DNA of 64,000 nucleotides. Origin: Acidimicrobiales bacterium (GTDB taxonomy: Bacteria > Actinomycetota > Acidimicrobiia > Acidimicrobiales > CATQHL01). Shown in pieces: positions 62,146 to 64,000 of this stretch (its first letter is position 1; each line of letters starts with the position of its first letter). Position numbers and translations under genes: made by a program. The notes under the pieces are model-generated. The model saw only the letters and a list, made by a program, of their open reading frames with translations, ran no database searches and was not told where the DNA came from. The stretch lies in NCBI GenBank assembly GCA_963668565.2, contig CAXXMX010000009.1, positions 9,301 through 73,300 on the forward strand, in the 5' to 3' direction.

Positions 62146-62293
62146 GATGGCGGGATACTAGCGACGTGCGCGGGTGACCGCACCGGCGGGCCGGTTCCGC
62201 TGCCGCCGTGTGCACCGAGGCGCTCCGCCGGCGACGGACGAGGCGGTCGTAGGCTCCGGCGGTGATCGGTGCCGGTGGATCCCGAAGGCTGCG

Positions 62294-63013
62294 ATGAGTC
62301 CATGGGAGATCGTCGCAGCCATGGTTGTGATGGCCGCGGGGGCCGCAGTGCAGGGCAGCGTCGGATTCGGTCTGAACGTCGTCGCTGCGCCGATCCTCAT
62401 CCAGATCGATCCGGATTTCGTGCCCGGGCCGCTGCTGGCTGCGGCGCTGGTGATGAGCATGATGGTGGCCCGCCGGGACCGTGTCGGGATCAACAAGTCG
62501 GCTCTCTTGTGGGCACTGGTTGGCCGTGTGCCCGGCGCCGTGCTGGGAGGGTTCCTGCTGGTGGAGGTGCTCTCGGCGTGGGGACTCTCGGTGTTCCTGG
62601 CGTCGGTGATCCTGGCGGGGGCAGCGCTGTCCGTGGCGCCGATCCGCCTGCCGCAGGGGCGCCAGATGATCGCTATCGGCGGGTTCGTCTCGGGTGTGGC
62701 AGGGACCACGACCGGAGTTGGCGGCCCGCCTTTGGCGCTCACCCTGCAGCACATTCCGCCGCGCCAACTCCGGGGCACGATGTCGGTGTACTTCCTCGTG
62801 GGCGCGTCGATCTCGCTGGCGGTCCTGGCGGCGTGGGGCGAGTTCGGTACCCGGCACCTGCTCGCGGTCGCGCTGCTCGTCCCGGGCCAACTGCTCGGCT
62901 ATCTCGTCTCGGGGCGGCTCGTCCGGGTGCTCGATCGCGGCTACACGCGCCCGGCGCTGCTGATCATCTCCGTCGCCGCCGCAGTGAGCCTGCTGGTGCG
63001 TGCCCTGATCTGA
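62294..63013 (+). CDS. TauE/SafE family sulfite/anion exporter
   Basis: Started at ATG 62294 within ORF 62174..63013. MSPWEIVAAMVVMAAGAAVQGSVGFGLNVVAAP and GGFVSGVAGTTTGVGGPPLAL are typical of TauE-like permeases. Confidence 0.8.
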   Translation: MSPWEIVAAMVVMAAGAAVQGSVGFGLNVVAAPILIQIDPDFVPGPLLAAALVMSMMVARRDRVGINKSALLWALVGRVPGAVLGGFLLVEVLSAWGLSVFLASVILAGAALSVAPIRLPQGRQMIAIGGFVSGVAGTTTGVGGPPLALTLQHIPPRQLRGTMSVYFLVGASISLAVLAAWGEFGTRHLLAVALLVPGQLLGYLVSGRLVRVLDRGYTRPALLIISVAAAVSLLVRALI

Positions 63014-63048
63014 GTTGCAGCGCCGCTGGGCGTGGCTCGTCAGGCGCT

Positions 63049-64000
63049 CTAGCCGATCTCGGTGGGGCGCACCGAACGGTTCTCGGCCGCCGACAGGTAG
63101 GCGGCGTTCACGAGGCGCAGCGTGTTGAGGTTGTCGTGGCCGCTCGTCGGCGGCTCGGTGCCGTCGTTGATGGCGGCCATCAGCGACGAGATCGGCCCGA
63201 CGAAACCCTCGGGGATCCAGCGCCCCGGTAGTTCGGTCTCGTAGCCGCCGTCGGGGTCGTCGTGCGCCGACCAGCGCACGGTGTCGGAGCGCCCGTGGGG
63301 GTAGTCGTAGGAGAGCCCCATGGTGCCCGACACCACGCCCTCGGTGCCCAGGACCCGCACCCGCCCGAAGACGTCGTCGCTGACGTCGTTGTGATCCACC
63401 GCCACGAAGGCCTGTGACCCGTCGGCGTAGTCGAGGATTGTGACCGTCTTCGTCTCCGCGCTCGGAGCCTGGAGCGGGTGACGGGTGTGCCGACTCGTCA
63501 CCCACTCGGGCTCGCCGTGGTCACCGAGAAGGAAACGCATGCCGTCGAGGTAGTGGATGCTGTGATACATGATCTCCAACTGCGGGACTTCCATCAGCCA
63601 GGGCCAGAGCTCCCAAGGGTTCACCAGGGATTCGTGAATGAAGGCGGCCGTTGGCTCGCCGATTCTCCCCTGCGTCATGAGTGTGTGCATCGCTCGGATG
63701 ACCGGGCTCCACCGGTACTGCTGGTTGACGGCCAGCTTGACCCCCGCGGCCTCGGCGCGCTGCACGATCTCGACAGCTTGAGAGAACTCGTTCGAGAGGG
63801 GCTTCTGGCAAAGCAGGTGCTTGCCGCTGTCTGCGAGGGTCCGGACCAGTTCGAGTTGCCGCCACGCGGGGACCGCGATGTCGGCAATTTCCACCGAGGG
63901 ATCGCCGGCGACTTCATCCAGCGAGCCGAACACCCGCTCGACGCCCCACCTCTCCGCCGTACGTTGCGCCGCCGCCGGATCGATGTCGTAGCAGCCCACC
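63049..64000 (-). CDS. Gfo/Idh/MocA family oxidoreductase; 5' end lies beyond the right edge
   Basis: GKHLLCQKPL (EKP-like motif) and the C-terminal alpha/beta domain are present. The N-terminal GxGxxG Rossmann start is missing, so the gene continues past 64000. Confidence 0.8.
   Translation of the reverse strand, partial: VGCYDIDPAAAQRTAERWGVERVFGSLDEVAGDPSVEIADIAVPAWRQLELVRTLADSGKHLLCQKPLSNEFSQAVEIVQRAEAAGVKLAVNQQYRWSPVIRAMHTLMTQGRIGEPTAAFIHESLVNPWELWPWLMEVPQLEIMYHSIHYLDGMRFLLGDHGEPEWVTSRHTRHPLQAPSAETKTVTILDYADGSQAFVAVDHNDVSDDVFGRVRVLGTEGVVSGTMGLSYDYPHGRSDTVRWSAHDDPDGGYETELPGRWIPEGFVGPISSLMAAINDGTEPPTSGHDNLNTLRLVNAAYLSAAENRSVRPTEIG

Overview
High-GC window (about 65-70% G+C by eye), actinobacterial in style: GTG starts, lipobox lipoproteins, 4-nt ATGA gene overlaps. 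No rRNA, tRNA or CRISPR array seen. It falls into four blocks.
(1) 1-33.7 kb, ordinary chromosome. Two divergent operons sit around an XRE-cupin regulator. They combine a BMP-family ABC importer with xanthine-dehydrogenase-family molybdoenzymes (three large subunits, one FAD subunit, one 2Fe-2S subunit), a triple-RidA fusion, an isochorismatase-family hydrolase, two cupins, an SDR and a nitrilase-family amidase. This looks like an N-heterocycle or nucleobase uptake and catabolism locus. It is followed by a MaoC-like protein, a CopA-type P1B ATPase, an acyltransferase, an SDR, a DUF3105 lipoprotein, an acyl-CoA dehydrogenase, Tpx, a CoA-transferase, an MFS transporter and a lytic-transglycosylase-like lipoprotein.
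(2) 33.8-52.6 kb, accessory. A giant minus-strand gene of about 14.6 kb encodes about 38 cadherin-like domains, mostly as near-identical 624-630-bp tandem units. It is split into five ORFs by four single-base indels. Its 3' end is cut by an ISL3 remnant that itself carries an IS481-like insertion. An IS110 element lies 96 bp upstream, inserted into a second ISL3.
(3) 52.9-58.2 kb, defence island. A frameshifted type IIG/ISP-like nuclease-methyltransferase is preceded by a low-GC (about 50%) two-gene module: an ABC-type AAA_15/21-like ATPase and a small Cys-cluster/PD-(D/E)xK protein. I do not recognise this pair as a named system; it is my top candidate for something undescribed.
(4) 58.6-64 kb. 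P450, a CBS protein, a small ORF, a carotenoid oxygenase, a TauE/SafE exporter and a partial Gfo/Idh/MocA oxidoreductase.
All family calls come from motifs read in the supplied translations. No database search was run.
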